NCBI RefSeq assembly: GCF_009914755.1
Contig: NC_060933.1
DNA from: the human T2T-CHM13v2.0 reference genome, Homo sapiens
Reading direction: 5' to 3' (one strand)
Length of the DNA stretch: 64,000 bases
The notes beneath the pieces are model-generated. The model made no database searches and had not been told where the DNA came from. It saw only the letters and a program-made list of their open reading frames with translations. Each line of letters begins with the position of its first letter. Positions within the stretch are counted from its first letter, which is position 1. Positions 42,448 through 60,216 of this stretch are shown here, piece after piece. A program made the translations under genes and the position numbers.

Positions 42448-44639
42448 TCAATTTTTCAATTGTATTTTCACTTTTCTCTTTTTATGCCTACCTAAATTTG
42501 CTCCTATAATTGAATTTATCATTTAGGAGTGAACTTTTGTTTAAGAAAATGTAATCTTTTTCATCAGCATACTCAATATTCCAATTTTCCATTATAGATT
42601 ATAAGAATAAATCTTTAGGTAATATAGGCAAACAAAATTTAATATATAGAATTAGTTTCTTACACGATTGGAGAGTTGGTGGAGCAGGTCTTGGGCTGAT
42701 CTTCTAAATGATTGCTAGAACTCCTCCAGAAAAACGACAGAGCTGGGACTGTTGCTCCTTTTGCCATGACTGAGAAGCTGGAGAATCAGGATCTCCTGTG
42801 CAACCACTGGCACTAAAATTATGCTAACTTTGCTATTTGTTTTTTTCCCAGTTTCAAAGTTTATCTTATTAACTTAAAATTTAAACAAAATTGTTAGTCT
42901 AAACATCATTAAATGTACTCATGGGAAACATATTTACATAGAGAATAATAAAATAATTTTTTGTAACTTGAGGCACATTGTCCATTTTACAAATGTACTT
43001 TTAGAAAAACTGCTTTGAGAAACAATAATTTTTTCTGTCATCCTTCATAAAAGCTAGACACACATTTCTAATGCAAATTTCTTTTTTTTTCTACTTTGAT
43101 GTGGAAGCTGGGAAGCTCGAATGTTTGCATTTTAATTTAACAATACGAAGAAAAATTTCATCTGTTTCTCTCTACAATGTTGGCCTTAGACTTACTGTAG
43201 CAGCCTCCATTCATATCTCTTACAGGGGTACCTTATAGTTTCATATCAGGTCATTCCTGTTCCTCTTTCCTTTTGTGATGCACCTCTTCTTGCTAAAGAT
43301 TTTGGTCACTATCTTTTGTTTTGTGTTTACTTATTTTAGCTTGTATATAAGTTCTGTTCTACACAACATTTCTGATTTACATGGCAGGAAATGTGTGAAA
43401 CAGTTTGCCACCTTCCTGACTGATCTGGGCCTAAACTTTGCCCCTATACTTTGAATAAACAGTTGCATTCTCTAACACATATTTTATTTGATCCAAACAA
43501 TACATTAGTCCAACTACCAAACATATATCTTAGATCCTCTGTAGCTATAACATTTTCAACAGTCATATTTATGGAATCCATCTCCCTCTGTTATGTTTTT
43601 ATTGTTATCCACATAGAGGAGATAGATATAAATGAACTCACTCTGGTCAGCCAGGGACCACACAGTGGCTTAAGATATCTTAATCCAGGTATCTGCAGAC
43701 TAACCCTAACCTAACAGTGAGTTGCTACCTTTGTTTTTTTTTTCTCTAAGCATTAAAATACTTCTGTCATAGCTGCTTGCTTCTTGATCATAGGATCTCA
43801 GCCAAGGTTCATATTTGAATAACACAGAATGTTGGCCACAGAACTAAGGACTGGACATTTGGTCATTTGTGACTGTCGTTACAGGAAAGTAAATGGTTTT
43901 GTTACACTGCTTGTCAGGAAAAAGAATAGGAAGGCACCTTCTATCTTAGGCTCTTTTCCTTAAAGAAGGTAGGTTTAATGTAAAACCTGAATTGTGAGTA
44001 AGCCTGGGGATATCATTTTTAGCTGTTCCAAATTGAGCAAGTACTTAGTCAAACTACCAGAGTTTTGGAATATGCCTGAGTAAGCCAGTCTGAAATAGCC
44101 GATGGTCCAGCTTAAGACTATTCAATATCCATGCACCTGCCTTTTCTAAAGCTTAAACTTCAAAAGAGTAACAGTAACAAGTACATGATCCTGTCAAATA
44201 TAATTCAAATATATGTTGCACAAATTAAAATGCAGTGGTCCTATCCAAAATAGGTATCCATGATATTCACTCCTCTTCGGATTCAGTCTCAACTATGTCT
44301 TAATATCCTGAAATAAGATAATAAATTATGAAGTTATTCAAACCAGCCTACCCTAAAAATGATGGGAAAAATGGAAGATAAAATAAGACAAACAATTATA
44401 TACATGACAATGCAGAAGAGAAGAAAACCCAAGAATGTATTACATACTTAATTTTATAACTGATCATGGAACTGTGGATGGTATTTGTACCATTCTTTTT
44501 ATATTATTCATTCCACACTTCTCTATAGTATCCTAAATTATCCAAGTTTCCACAGCAAGAGCCCACTCTTCATGAACAGTGCCCTTAGTTGTCTTGTCAA
44601 ATTGGAGTTGTTTTAATCTTCCATTAATGTTTACCACTT

Positions 44640-45330
44640 GACAGAAAATCCAAAAGGCATCTGAGGAGTCCAACTCCAGGCAGAAACCCTATGTGTAACC
44701 TTTCAGGCCTAACCATAGGCCATGACAATGACTTTACCTGGCAGGCCTCACTAGAGAAAGATACTCTCCCTATACCAGAATTGGCAAACAGCCAGTGCAT
44801 TACAATATCTAATGGGAGCTGCAGTCTAGGACTCATTCCCCGCTAGCCAACCATCCTCCTGTGCATGTCTGCCATTCAAGTCTCAGGCACCCCCATCTGA
44901 GCTATCCTTATTAGGGACCCTCAATAGAAAACCTTTGCAGAGAACTCCTTATGATAGGGAGAGAGGGATAAGGGAGAGGAGAAAGGGGAAACATTGAAAT
45001 CATTATTCTCTATTCTGAATCAGAACTCAGTATTTTCCCATTCTTAGCCCTTCCTCCTCTTTCTGTCCCAAGGACCCAGGTCCATAAGATGAAAGGAGCT
45101 TTTTGTTCATGGCTCCTTGGTCAAAAGATCCTTGCTGAGAAAATTCCCACATCTGCATTTGTGCTGATCTACATGACCTTGGCCTGGAGCTGTTTCATGG
45201 GACAAAATGGAACATTGGAGGAGCTAGCGATCTTTCCTCTTTAGTTTCTTGCTTAAACTATCTCAGTTAGTAAAGATTTGACTGTTACTGTCATTTTGGC
45301 TTATTGTTTTAATTAGCTATTTCAACTCCA
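44640..45330 (+). mobile_element. Probable old ERV LTR
   Basis: GC-richer block in AT-rich DNA with LTR-like U3/R/U5 composition. Family not recognised. Confidence 0.35.
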
Positions 45331-45432
45331 TGGCAGCTTAGCTCTTGACAGCATTCTGGAAAGTACATAGGATTCTAGACATTTTTACTGCTTTTGTTAT
45401 ATGAATTACATGTCTTCATAATAAGGAATTAA

Positions 45433-45735
<303 letters not shown>

Positions 45736-45808
45736 TAAGGATTTAATATCCAAACCATTCTTGTAACATATTTAATATTGCCATTCAGTGGTAAATAAAA
45801 ATAATATA

Positions 45809-48140
<2,332 letters not shown>

Positions 48141-48604
48141 TACTTATAAGTGAATCCACTGTCATTACTATAGTTCAGGTCACCTTAAGTTTCTTCTTGG
48201 ACTTGCCAATGAACTGTGGAATTAAGAAGCTCTCTGCCTACAGTCTTGTTTATCTATTGTAATCTGTTTCTTGTAGTCCCTATTTTAGATCTCATTAATG
48301 TCTTGTCACTTCCATTAGAATAAATTATAAACACTTTGGATGGCCTGAAGACATTTGTAATTTATCCTAAACTCATCTCTACTCTCATCGCTTGACATCT
48401 CCCTCTTCTACCCACACATATATATTTAAGCCCACGTAATTACTGCAATTACCCCAAATTCTGTACTTCTCACCAGTGTCTTGCAAAACCCACTCCATCT
48501 AACTAATAAGACTTTTCATTTAACTCTCCAGTTGTAGTTGATATTCTAGTTTCAAACTCTATTTTCTCTGTGAAGGCTGTACTGATATCACAATTTTGTT
48601 TCTT

Positions 48605-48925
48605 CAGTGTGAGCATTGGCAGCCTGTGGCCTATGGTTTTGGTACAGCCTGCAAGGTAATAATGGTTTTTAGAGATTTAAATGATTGAAACAATTTTTTA
48701 AAATAACATTTTGTAGCATATAACGATTGCAGAAAGTAAAAACTGCAGTGTTTTCATAAATAACAAGGTTTTTTTTTGGACACAAGATCATTCACTTACA
48801 TGTGGTCTATAGATGTTTTCAGGCTATTATGTCAGAGTTGAGTGGTTGCAACAGAAACTGCATGATTGTCAAAGCCTAACATACTTAAAATCTGACCCTT
48901 TGTAGAAAAAGCTAACATTTGATCT
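48605..48925. mobile_element. MER58-like hAT-Charlie element
   Basis: cagagttgagtggttgcaacaga...aaagcctaacatactta...ctgaccctttgtagaaaaag. Confidence 0.65.
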
Positions 48926-49721
48926 AAAGTTTTCTGTAAAGATACATCTACATTATGTTTATCGTAATTTATATTTATCTGCCTACTGTTTGCAGTTTTG
49001 AAAAACTATAATCTTCCAGAAAATGGAAACTACAATATTTTTAATTAGACCTCAAGCAAAATTATTTTAAAATGTGGTCTCAATTTTTAAGAAAGTGGGG
49101 AAGAATGCTTTTTTTTCTTTTGTTAAACTTCTTTGCTTCCAGTCCAAGAAGTGACTGTCATTTATTTTTATCTTATTGCTTCCTTTCTCATATTAGCTTG
49201 ATAAAAAGTAATGAAATAATATTCAGGTTTCTTAGTAGAGTCATGTTGTAAACATAAACTTTTTTTTTCTAGCCACTCTCAAAAAATGGAAAGCATCTGC
49301 TTTATGGGTCACCTAATTAATGACATTGAATTATCTAGTAAGTGGACTCTTCAGGTTAATTAAATATCTTCATTAACTTTTTCACTGCTTTTAAAAATAA
49401 CATTTACACATTTATGCTAATAGGTTCATCATGTGTCCTTAATCAGTTATTTAGCTTTGGTGCAGAGTTAATAATTCCAATATTTGTTCAAACTGAAGAA
49501 AATCCAGGACTCAAAAAAGAAAGGATATTTTTATTCAGGTTTTGAGAAAATCATAAGTAAAACCCCCAACTTATTTATCAATAATTGTATGTTACATACA
49601 TTTCCATATTTACAATTTTGATAAAATAGTTAAAATTAATATTTATCTTTAATAATTTAAATATTAATTAGTTATGTATTTATTGGCTCATATTATTTAC
49701 ATTATATATATATTTATATAA

Positions 49722-51194
49722 TTTGCAGTCTGACAATGCAATAGAAAAAAAACCAAAACATTTTCTGAGAAGAAATTCAAGCCAGCTGCAGAAATGTGCA
49801 TAAGTAACAAGAAGCCAAATCATAATCATGAAGACAATGGGAAAAATGTCTCTAGGCCATGTCCTAGGTCTTCACAGCAGCCCCTCCCATCACAGACCCA
49901 GAGGGCTCGGGGGAAAAAATGTTTTCTGGGGACAGGCCCAGGGCCCCTCTCTGTGTGCAGTCTAGGGACTTGGTGCCCTACATCCCAGCCACTCCAGCTG
50001 TGACTAAAAGGGACCAAGGTACAGCTTGGGCCAGGGTGTCAGAGGTCGCAAGCCCCAAACCTTGGCAGCGTCCATGTGGAGTTGAGCCTGCATGTGCACA
50101 GAAGTCAAGAAGCAAGGCTTGGGAGCCTCAGCCTAGATTTCAGAGGATGTATGGAAATGCCTGGATGTCCAGGAAGAAGTTTGCTGTGGGGGAGGGGGGG
50201 TGATCATGGAGAGCCTCTGCTAAGGAAGTGGGGAAGGGAAATGTGGGGTTGGAGCCCCACACAGAGTCCCCACTGAGGCGCTGCCTGTGCGAGAAGAGGA
50301 CCACCATTTTCCAGACCCCAGAATGGTAAATCCACTCACAGCTTGCATATGCACCTAAAAAAACCTCAGTTGCTCAACACCAGCCTGTGAAAGCAGCTAG
50401 GTGGGAACCGTACCTTTCAAAGCCACAGGGGCAGAGCTGCCCAAGTCCATGGGAGCCCACATCTTGCATCAGCATGACCTGGATGTTAGACATGGAGTCA
50501 AAGGAGATCATTTTGAAGCGTTAAGATTCAACTGCCTTGCTGGAGTTTGGACTTGCATGCGGCCTGTAACCCCTTTATTTTGGCCAATTTGTCCTGTTTG
50601 GAATGGGTATAGTTACCGAATGCCTGTACCCCCATAGTATCAAGAAAGTAACTAACTTTCTTTTGATTTTACAGGCTTATAGGTGGAAGGGACTTGTCTT
50701 GTCTCAGATGAGACTTTGGACTGTGGACTTCTGAGTTAATGCTGAAATGAGTTAAGACTTGAGGAACTGTTGGGAAGGTATGATTGGTTTTGAAACTTGA
50801 GGACACATTTAGAGGGGACACAGGCAAAATAATATGGTTTGGCTCTGTGTCCCCACCCAAATCTCATCTTGAATTGTAGTTCCCATAATTGCCATGCGTT
50901 ATGGAAGGACCTAGTGGGAGATAATTGAATCATGGAGGCAGTTTCCCCTATACTGTCCTTGTGGTAGTCAGTAAGTCTCACACGACCTGATGGTTTTATA
51001 AGGGGTTTCTGCTTTTGCTTGGTCCCCATTCTCTCTCTTGCCTGTTGCCATGTAAGACATGACTTCTGCCTTCCACTATGATTGTGAAGTCTCCCCAGTC
51101 ATGTGGAACTGTGAGTTCATTAAACCTCTTTTTCTTTATAATTTACCCAATCTCAGGTATGTCTTTATCAGCAGTGTGAAAACAGACTAATACA
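49722..51194 (+). mobile_element. THE1 MaLR internal fragment plus 3' LTR (50830-51194)
   Basis: THE1-int motifs and LTR taatatggtttggctctgtgtccccacccaaatctcatcttgaattgtag...agactaataca. Confidence 0.85.
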
Positions 51195-53735
51195 CTGTCT
51201 TTAACATTTTTTCTATTGTTTTGACCTTGGAAACTGATGATTATTTGTCTTCAAGATGATCTTTTTGTGGAGTATCTTACTGAAGTTCTCTGTATTTCTT
51301 GAATTTGAATGTTGACCTCTCTATCTAGGTTAGGGAAGTTCTCATGGATGATATTTTGATCCATGAGATCAAAAATATCAAAAGTCAACTTTTGCTAAGT
51401 TGACTCCATTTTCTCTATCCTTTTTAGGTACACCAGTTGTAGATTCAGTCTCTACATAATCCCATATTTCTCAGAGGTTTTGTTCATTCTTTTTCATTCT
51501 TTTTTTCTATTCTTATCTGCCTATCTTATTTCAGAAAGCCATTCTTTAAGCTCTTAGATTGTTTCCTCCATGTGGTTTATTCTGCTGTTAATACTTACGA
51601 TTGCATTGTGAAATTCTTGTGGTGTTTTTCAGCTCTATCAGGTTGGTTATGTTCTCTATACTGGCATTTTGTCTGCCAGGTCATGCAATGTTTTATTGTG
51701 ATTTTTAGCTCTGTTGTATTGGCTTACAACATACTCCTATAGCTCAATGAATTTTATTACTGTTTACATTCTGAATGCTATTTCTGCCATTGCAGCCTCA
51801 GCCCTGTTCTGAACCCTGGCTGGAGAGGTGATGCAGTTATGTGGAGGTAGGAAGTTACTCTGGCTTTTTGAGTTTTCAGTATTCTTGCACTGATTCTTTC
51901 TCATCTTTGTGCACTTATCTAACTTCAGTCTTTGAGATTGCTTACCTTTGGACGGTATTTTGTTTTCTTTCATCCTATTTGATGATGTCGAAGATTTGTT
52001 TGTGTTATAAGGTAGATTCAGCTGACTGGCTTCATTTCTGGGAGATTTTATGGCACCAACATTCAGCTCCCAACTTCTGGACTGGGTGCTCTAACTCTGG
52101 GGTACTTGTATTAGGCCCCAGCTTTGTTCTCTTGTGTCGGGTCCATCCCGCACACTCTGGCTGAGCGACCAATGAAAAAAGTATTCAGACACAGTTATTT
52201 TGCCTGAGAATGCAGCTAGGGGACTGCACTGCTTAGCATCACCAATGAGAGTACAGTCCCACTAAGCCAGAGAACTTTGTATTAATTTAGTACAGATTTG
52301 AAGACAAAGGCCTGGAGCAAACACAATTTGTGGGAAATTAACATTGTTGACCCCTAAGTAGAGAGCAGTCTTGCACATGAATGATCAAAGGTTGGTTTCC
52401 TGAGACATAAGTAAACCAATTTTTCTAGATATGTTTCTTTACATTCCCTTGTTATCTAACCTTTGCCCTTAAGAGAATTTAGCTGCCTTCAGCTAAATTA
52501 TTCTCCAAAGTTTTTGGCCTTCCAAGAAGGTTTGCATTTTTCCCTATAACTTTTCTTACATCTTCTCCCATCACCCTTGAGGCTGGAAATTAAAGAAAGA
52601 AAAGTAAAATTAAAAAGAGAAAGAAACAATCTTTCTGTATTAGGCTGACTCATCCCAAAGGCAGTAACAGGCAAAGCCCAGACCCAGGCAAAGTCTCGAT
52701 AGCATTATCTAAGAAGATGGGGCTCAAAGAATGTGCTCTGGAGAGTCTCCCAGGGCTCCCTCAACATAGGGAGAAGAAAAACAAATTTTCCTTTCTCTTT
52801 TGATTCTGTTATTCATCTAAGCAGCACAGTGAAGATCATGAGACACCTGAGCAGGCCTGGATTGCAGTCCCCTAGATGCCATAGCAAATGTTATGAGATA
52901 AGCCCATGCAAAGCACTGGAACAAGCCTAGATAACAGCTATCTGGGCTGCATAGCAAGAGTCATATGTAAGCCTGAGTTGTGAACTTGTCGTAGTATGAT
53001 TGACTGCCTTTGTTCTTCTTCTGTATCCTTGCTTTTGAATCATTATACTTTGCACCACTGTAAGCTTGTTTCAAGTTAGACCACCCCCTTTTAGAAGTGT
53101 GCGTAAAAGGCAAGTGCTGTCTTTGTTCAGGGTCCAGTCTTTGGATATTAATCTGCTGGTTCTGAGTGCACTCAATAAAAATCCTTCTGTTTCACCTACC
53201 AATCTCTCCAGTCTCCTGATTCCCACAACAACCTGATCGATCTCTTACACTGTGGCTCCTCGAGATTTGGAGTCCACTGTGCTGGGGATAGCAAACTGCA
53301 GTACCTGCAGCAAAGTACTAGTGGATATAGGGGTGTCTGCCTCTCTGCAGGTGTTCACCACAGTATTGGAGGCAAGGCAGCTGTTGGGGGAGCAAGGGCC
53401 TTCTGCTGGAGACAGAGTGCACTGCTGCACTGTAGGTGGTGATGGCTTGGGGTGGGGTGCTGGCCAGTGGAGGTCTTGGCGCCTTATCTGTGGTCTGCAA
53501 GCAGGAGCAATTGCTCAGGTTGTGGGGGGATCCCCTGCTCTGTGTGCAGCACAGCACAAGGGCAGGGCACTGGTGTAGATGGGGCTTGATGACTCTGTGC
53601 CCAACAAGGATCCATCTGCAGTGGTGGTTGGTGGGGATTATGGGGGGCACACTGCATTCCCATGTGCTGTTGAAGCAAGTAAAGCCCACCCATGCAGATA
53701 TATGCCAGCAAAGTGATGTGGGGAGTTGCTGTCTC
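51195..53735 (-). mobile_element. Older L1 (L1PB/L1MA-like) 5'UTR-ORF1 region, interrupted by LTRs
   Basis: ORF1 N-terminus-like KMRKNQCKNTENSKSQS and antisense ORF1 motifs. Confidence 0.7.
52133..53230. mobile_element. Two adjacent ERV LTR pieces in opposite orientation (ERVK-like)
   Basis: 52135-52560 reads TG...CA on the minus strand. 52581-53230 has AATAAA at ~53174 and ends ccacaaca. Family not confidently named. Confidence 0.5.
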
Positions 53736-54809
53736 ATATCATTTTTAATAAATCTTCTGATATTGTCTCAAATCTTGGAAACCTATGTCAGCTCAAAAAG
53801 ACATCCTTGTATAAAACTGAAATGCTTCTACCTTTAAAATGTATATGTGATAGATTATTTATTCATAGTAGCTGAATTTAATGCAATTAATGTTGTAATG
53901 AATACAGGACATATTAATATGCTAAGAGTAGACTACTTAAATGTTTGCATTTTCAGTAACTCAAATATAAGCATGTCTATACATGAACTAAAACAGAATT
54001 TTGCCCAAATCACTCAAAAAATTAGTTAAATTAAATATGTTTAAAATATACTTAAATACTTTGTATATAATAGATTGTTAAGTAATTAAAATAATTTACA
54101 TGTTTTATTTAGGTGTCCTCAACTTTAAAAATATATATCTACATATAATTTACATTATATTACTGACCACATGGCTAAATATGATAGTTTGGCAGAAATC
54201 AATTCATATTAATTATGAAAGACCTACTTTTGGTAAAAATATTTCTCAAGTTTGATATCAATTCTGACTCTATTATTGACATTGATGTTAAATGTAAACC
54301 TCTGTTTTTGTCTAAAATTTGATGCTACAAAATATTTCTGTTGTCCATATTCTTCCAGGGACAGAATATCATGAATTAGCATTTTTTTTTTACTTATATA
54401 TCACAATATCACATACTCAGAAAGCTGTTTTGATAAAATACAACTTTATCAGTCATTGCCCAATACTGCAATTATATGTCACAAATGTATCTGTATAATG
54501 AAACGTAACATATGCAAATTTTTTTTGCTGATTATAATTAATGAATCAACCAAATGAGAAAAAAACTCTCAATTCGATATTGACTTAAATTTTCCAATTT
54601 ACTAAAAGTGTTGGTAATATTTGTTTTAAATATTTAAATGTTTGAATCATATGAATATGTGAAATGAATAAATATTAACGGTATCTTTTACAAGCAGACA
54701 CTTCAACATTTTGGAGAGGTAAGTGCATACATATTTTTTGTGTGTTCATTCACGTATAAACAATCTGTGATTAACTTTGATCATACTCCTAAAAAGACTA
54801 GGATTTTTT

Positions 54810-56870
54810 TCTGTTTTGTTTATTTTTATATAAAATTTACATAAAATAGGGTGAACAAATTTAAGTAATATTTATAAGTTTTGACAAATGCATATACATA
54901 TATAATTAAAATATAGTAACGTTTACTATTATGTTGTAGTAACCATCATACCACAAAGTCCACTCATGTTCTTTCTCATTTAACTGCATCTCCATTCCCA
55001 AGGCAACAACTATTCTATTTACAATAGAATAGTTTTTGTCTTCCAGAAATTCATATGAATGGAACCATACAACATGTACTTTTGTGTACAGATTAGTTAA
55101 AATAATGTTTTTGATATTCATAAATGCTGTTGCATATATAAATAGTTGGTCTCTTTCAATAGGTAGGTGGTATTTTCTTGTGTGAATATACCAGATTTTT
55201 TTCTATTTGTTGTTGAACACATCAGCTTTACTATTTTGGGGTAATTAAAAGTTAATTCATTATTACAATTCTTATTCAAGTCTTTCTGTGGAGAAGAGTT
55301 TTTACTCCTTTTGAATAAGTGCCTAGGAGTGACTTGATTATAGGGAAGTTGGGTGGATGAATAATTACTTTTATAGAAAACAGCCAAATTGGTTTTCAAA
55401 TAGTTGCAAATTTATTTAATTTAAATTGTCATTTTGTAAAAGTATTTTTAAACATATTTTTCTTTGGTAGGTTACATGTGACAGTACATGTATAGTAGTT
55501 GAATATCTGCTGACATCTTTATTTTTACAAAAATAAATTCTACTTTCATTCAAGTGCACAAATATGACCCAATAAATTTTCCTAATATCTCTTTCTAGTT
55601 AATACCTCTCATTAATGAAGCAACCACTTTTCTCATATCTGCACAGTAGTTGTATCTGTTTTTGGAATTAAAACAGTGTGCACTAATTTCTGCCTGGCAT
55701 CTTTTGGTTCAACATGTGTTTGAGATTAATTGTGTCATTGTGCGTATCAAAAGCTCATTATTTGTTAATTGGTGAAAGGTAATCTCTCTTGTGTGATTAT
55801 GTCACACAATGTTTATCCACTTTTCTTTGATAGACATTTAGAATTTTTCAAATTTTTGACTATCTTAAATAAAGTTTCCATATACATGTTTATACAACTT
55901 ATGTTTGGTTATGTTTTTTCTGATCGAGGGCCTGTAAACACCTTATAATGGAGTTCTTTGTCATAGTATAGGTGTATGCTTAACATTATGAGAAAATAAG
56001 ACATTTCCAAAGAGTTTTCAGAAGTTTTTAAAACATTTTACATTTCTACCATCAAGGTATGAGAGTTCCAGTAGCTCTAAATCCTTACAAAACTTTGTGC
56101 TGCCAGTCTCTGTGAATCTGTTAAAGAAATTTTAACCTAACTACAGTTTAATATAATGGAAGTTTTTGTTAATGTTATCTTTGTGAGTGCTGGATATTTT
56201 GTATTTCTGTACAAAATATGAGCTTTTTCTCTAGGACACAGTTAATTTGTTCAAAACCGCTTGATCCTTTTAGATACTTCTTTTATGATTTTTTGATGCA
56301 TTCAACTCAGTACTCAGTTTAAATCTAATTAATTTCTACCCCTGAGGCAAGACCTTTTAAATTGCTTTACCAAATGCACTGTGAATTGAGCTTTTTTCTT
56401 TCATTTGGCTGGCAAATACAGGTATAATCCAGGTCATATGTGAATGTCAGGCACTGGTTTTTGTTGTTGTTATTGTTTGTTTGTTTTTAATCTTTGAAGA
56501 TGCTTGTTTCCCTGGCAGTGAGCAGATTACTCACATGTATACACTAATCAGTATTCTGCTAAGCACTGAAAGGAGAACATCTGTAGATATCAGAGATTTC
56601 TCTCTTTGAATCTCTAGCTTCTCAGACCTAGAAACTCTAGTTACCTTAGTCTCCTGGAACTCTTGGCTTTGTACAACTCTAGGAGCCCACTTTCTCTGCC
56701 CCACTGCTGGAAACTCTAGCCACTAAATTAGGGCAGTAGCAGGGTTTAACTCCTTTGTTTTCTGTCTTTCGGGAAGTACTTCATTCCCTCATATCCAGAG
56801 TCTTGTATTTCTGTGGGTGTTTCCTTGATTTTGTTTTTCAAGCAAGAAGATAAATCTAGCCTTCGGGTAG
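54810..56870 (-). mobile_element. Old L1M fragments
   Basis: ttgtcttccagaaattcatatgaatggaaccatac and catttctaccatcaaggtatgagagttcca. Confidence 0.55.
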
Positions 56871-58575
56871 TCTTTCTTTAATAATTAGTGAGGGGTACTA
56901 TTATACCTCATTACATATTTGTGTTTCTTCATTCAAAATATTTCTGTTCAGAGTAAATCCTGACATCAGAAGCAAGATATTCTGAACTATTTTGGGGTAT
57001 TTTGAATTCAGGAACATTTCAAAACGGAGCAGCAGGCATGTTGATGGTATTTAACAATGTCATGTCTCTTATTCTCTGAATATTGTCGAAGTGTGAAATT
57101 CTCTTAAGAGTCACTTGAGAGCATAACAAAGCTAAGAGGTGGGCAATAAATATTAAATGTTCAAACTTGCCCTCTTCACATATTTAAACATAGCCTTTCT
57201 TTTCAGCTACTTCTAACACTCTTTTTAGAGTAAGTCATTAACTAGGAGGAATAACATCTTTGAAAAAGTGAAGCAGTGTAGGATAATGTTTCCCTTATGT
57301 TAAGTGTATCTGTTAGGTTTTCTGGTGTATTTTCAGTAGACTTCAATTAAAATATGTAAATAAAATGTTGTATAGCATCTTTCAAATATAGAATTCTGTT
57401 TTAATAAACATGTTTATCCAAACATATCATGAAGTAATTATTATAATTACGGCTGATATATCTTTGCTTTATTTAATAAAATGATTAATAACATTAACTT
57501 TCTGTTTTCAAAATTTAAAATATTATATGTTAGCAGAGAGAACAATTTATAGCGATATGTACATTTTTTTCCATTAAGTACACTGGTATAGTTTAATAAT
57601 AATGCCTAATAAGATCAATGGAATTATTTCTTGTTCATTTATATGTCGTTTACCTAATTATTCTCAAACTCAGAATGCAAAGGGAAATCAGTTATGTTAC
57701 TATGCCTTTGTCATAACTATTGCCTCATAAATAGCATGCATTTAGATACACGCTTCATACTATTGCAATTCAAATACTGTGAAATACCAACTCAATTTAC
57801 CGTTGTTTTGTAATTTTTTGGAAATGAAAAATTTCTTATCCACCTAAATGTAATCTTAACTAGAATGCTTTGGTAAACTTTCTTAACAAATTTTTCTTCA
57901 TTATACTTACATGTATTTTGTGATATAATACAATGTACGTACAGTTTCAGTTATATCAGTTTTTAAGAAGATTTGTATTTTCCCCCCGATGTAATGAAAA
58001 TTGATTTGGCAGTGACTACTAGCATTACAAAGGTGGTTGGCATTTTAATAACTTGAATGAGAAAATCTGCAGCTCCATGTCAGTGTGTAGCAACACAAAT
58101 ACATTTTATCAAAAAAGAAAATAATTTGCCTGAACAGTTAACTGAAGTTAACATTATTTTTATTTTTAATCTTCAAGATTAAATCCGGATAAACAATACC
58201 ACTATACTAAAAACATAATCAACATACTTGATAGTTTTATATATTAGGTAATAGATTTTTGATGTGAATACCTAAAATGGAAAAAAGTGAGTATTTTTAA
58301 TTCTTGGATTATAAAGCCTTTATAAGATAAATGATTTCAAATTACTTCCTTCAAGTGTAGCACAAATTTTGAACTTTATCAATTTATTTCCTTTATCTAC
58401 AGAGGTGATCAAACTCTTGATTTTTTGGTTTAATCTTTACTGCAGGCTTATAGATTATATTATTTTTCTCAATTATTAAGTCTCCACCTGCATCAAAAAA
58501 TGATGCATATCTACTTCTGTCAGGTAACGGCAGATAATATTAATAGATATATAAATATTTTATAAAATCTTCTTA

Positions 58576-58893
<318 letters not shown>

Positions 58894-60216
58894 TTAGGGC
58901 TAAAGTATCTGATATTTTTCGAGAAGGTTGTTTGATCCAGAAGAAACTCAATGGTGGATAAGTGAGAAGGCAGTAGTAGAAATGTCAGGCAAAAATGGGA
59001 AGTTTTCTTGGAAATCCACTTCCTAAAACCTGTGCTATTGTTTTGAAGGCCTGAAATATCAGAGTATGTTTAAAGCAAACGATTACTGACCCTTGTCCCT
59101 CCACTTCCGGGAAAATGTGTGGATTGCTGTCCTGAAAATGAATAAACCAGGTTAAATAGTAGAAATGGGAAAAGTTGTGGTTTTGAAGGATAGTCCACAG
59201 GCTGGCTGTCACAGCAGGAAGCTACTAATTTAATTTATATCGTTCTTAAAGTAATCTACAGAGATAACTAGTAAAGATAAAGAAAATGATTCTATATAGG
59301 AAGTCATCATTCCAGGATTTGAGGAATCCTTCCAAGTAATTTTGGCAGAAGCAGTAAGCATCATGCTTTCAAAGCTAATAAAGAATGCAAGGAAACAGGA
59401 CACATTTTGCAATAAGTAGCAGGAAAAATAATGAAAAAAGTCACAAAAATTGCAGATCTGGTATTATTACAGACACATTGAAAAACATGTATTTGTATTA
59501 TGTTCTAAGAAGTAAATTTGAAAATATCTGCCAAATGAAAACAATACAATGTAATCTTTCAGTTTTAACATGAAACTAATAACAAATTTTAAAGATAAAT
59601 GATATTATGACTAAAATTAAACATTAGGAGCATGAGTATGATAATATTTTGGACATAGCAAAAGAGCTAGATCACTGGAAGCTAAATCAGAAAAGCAAAT
59701 GAGCACAGTTCAATACAGTGAGATGAAAAAATGGAAATGTAGAAGAGTGGTTATCACAAATAATGAGTTGTGTGAGGTGATATATTTAAATAGAGAGCTA
59801 GAATAAAATAAATGGAGCAGATAAATATGTGAATACTTAATGGTTTAAACTTTCCAAAATGATGAAAGATACACGTGTCCATTCAAGAAACACAGTAAAT
59901 TTCAAGGAAAAAATAACCACTGAATTAACACTTAACAATAAATCTGATGTGAGAGAAAGAGAGAAAATGAGAGCTGGAAAGACAGAGAGTGACAGAGAAA
60001 AAGAAATCCTTAAAACAACCATAGGGGAAAAAGAAAACACTTTAAAATGTGGCAGCCGTACTACTTATTAAGAGCAACATAGTAACCTAAATACGTTTTA
60101 TAATTTACTTCCTTTCATCACACTAAAGATATCTTGATTTACAATCTTGATTTTTAAACCCAATATATAAATCCTTAATTTATGAACACCTGATACTCAC
60201 CAAGGAAACCCTAAAA

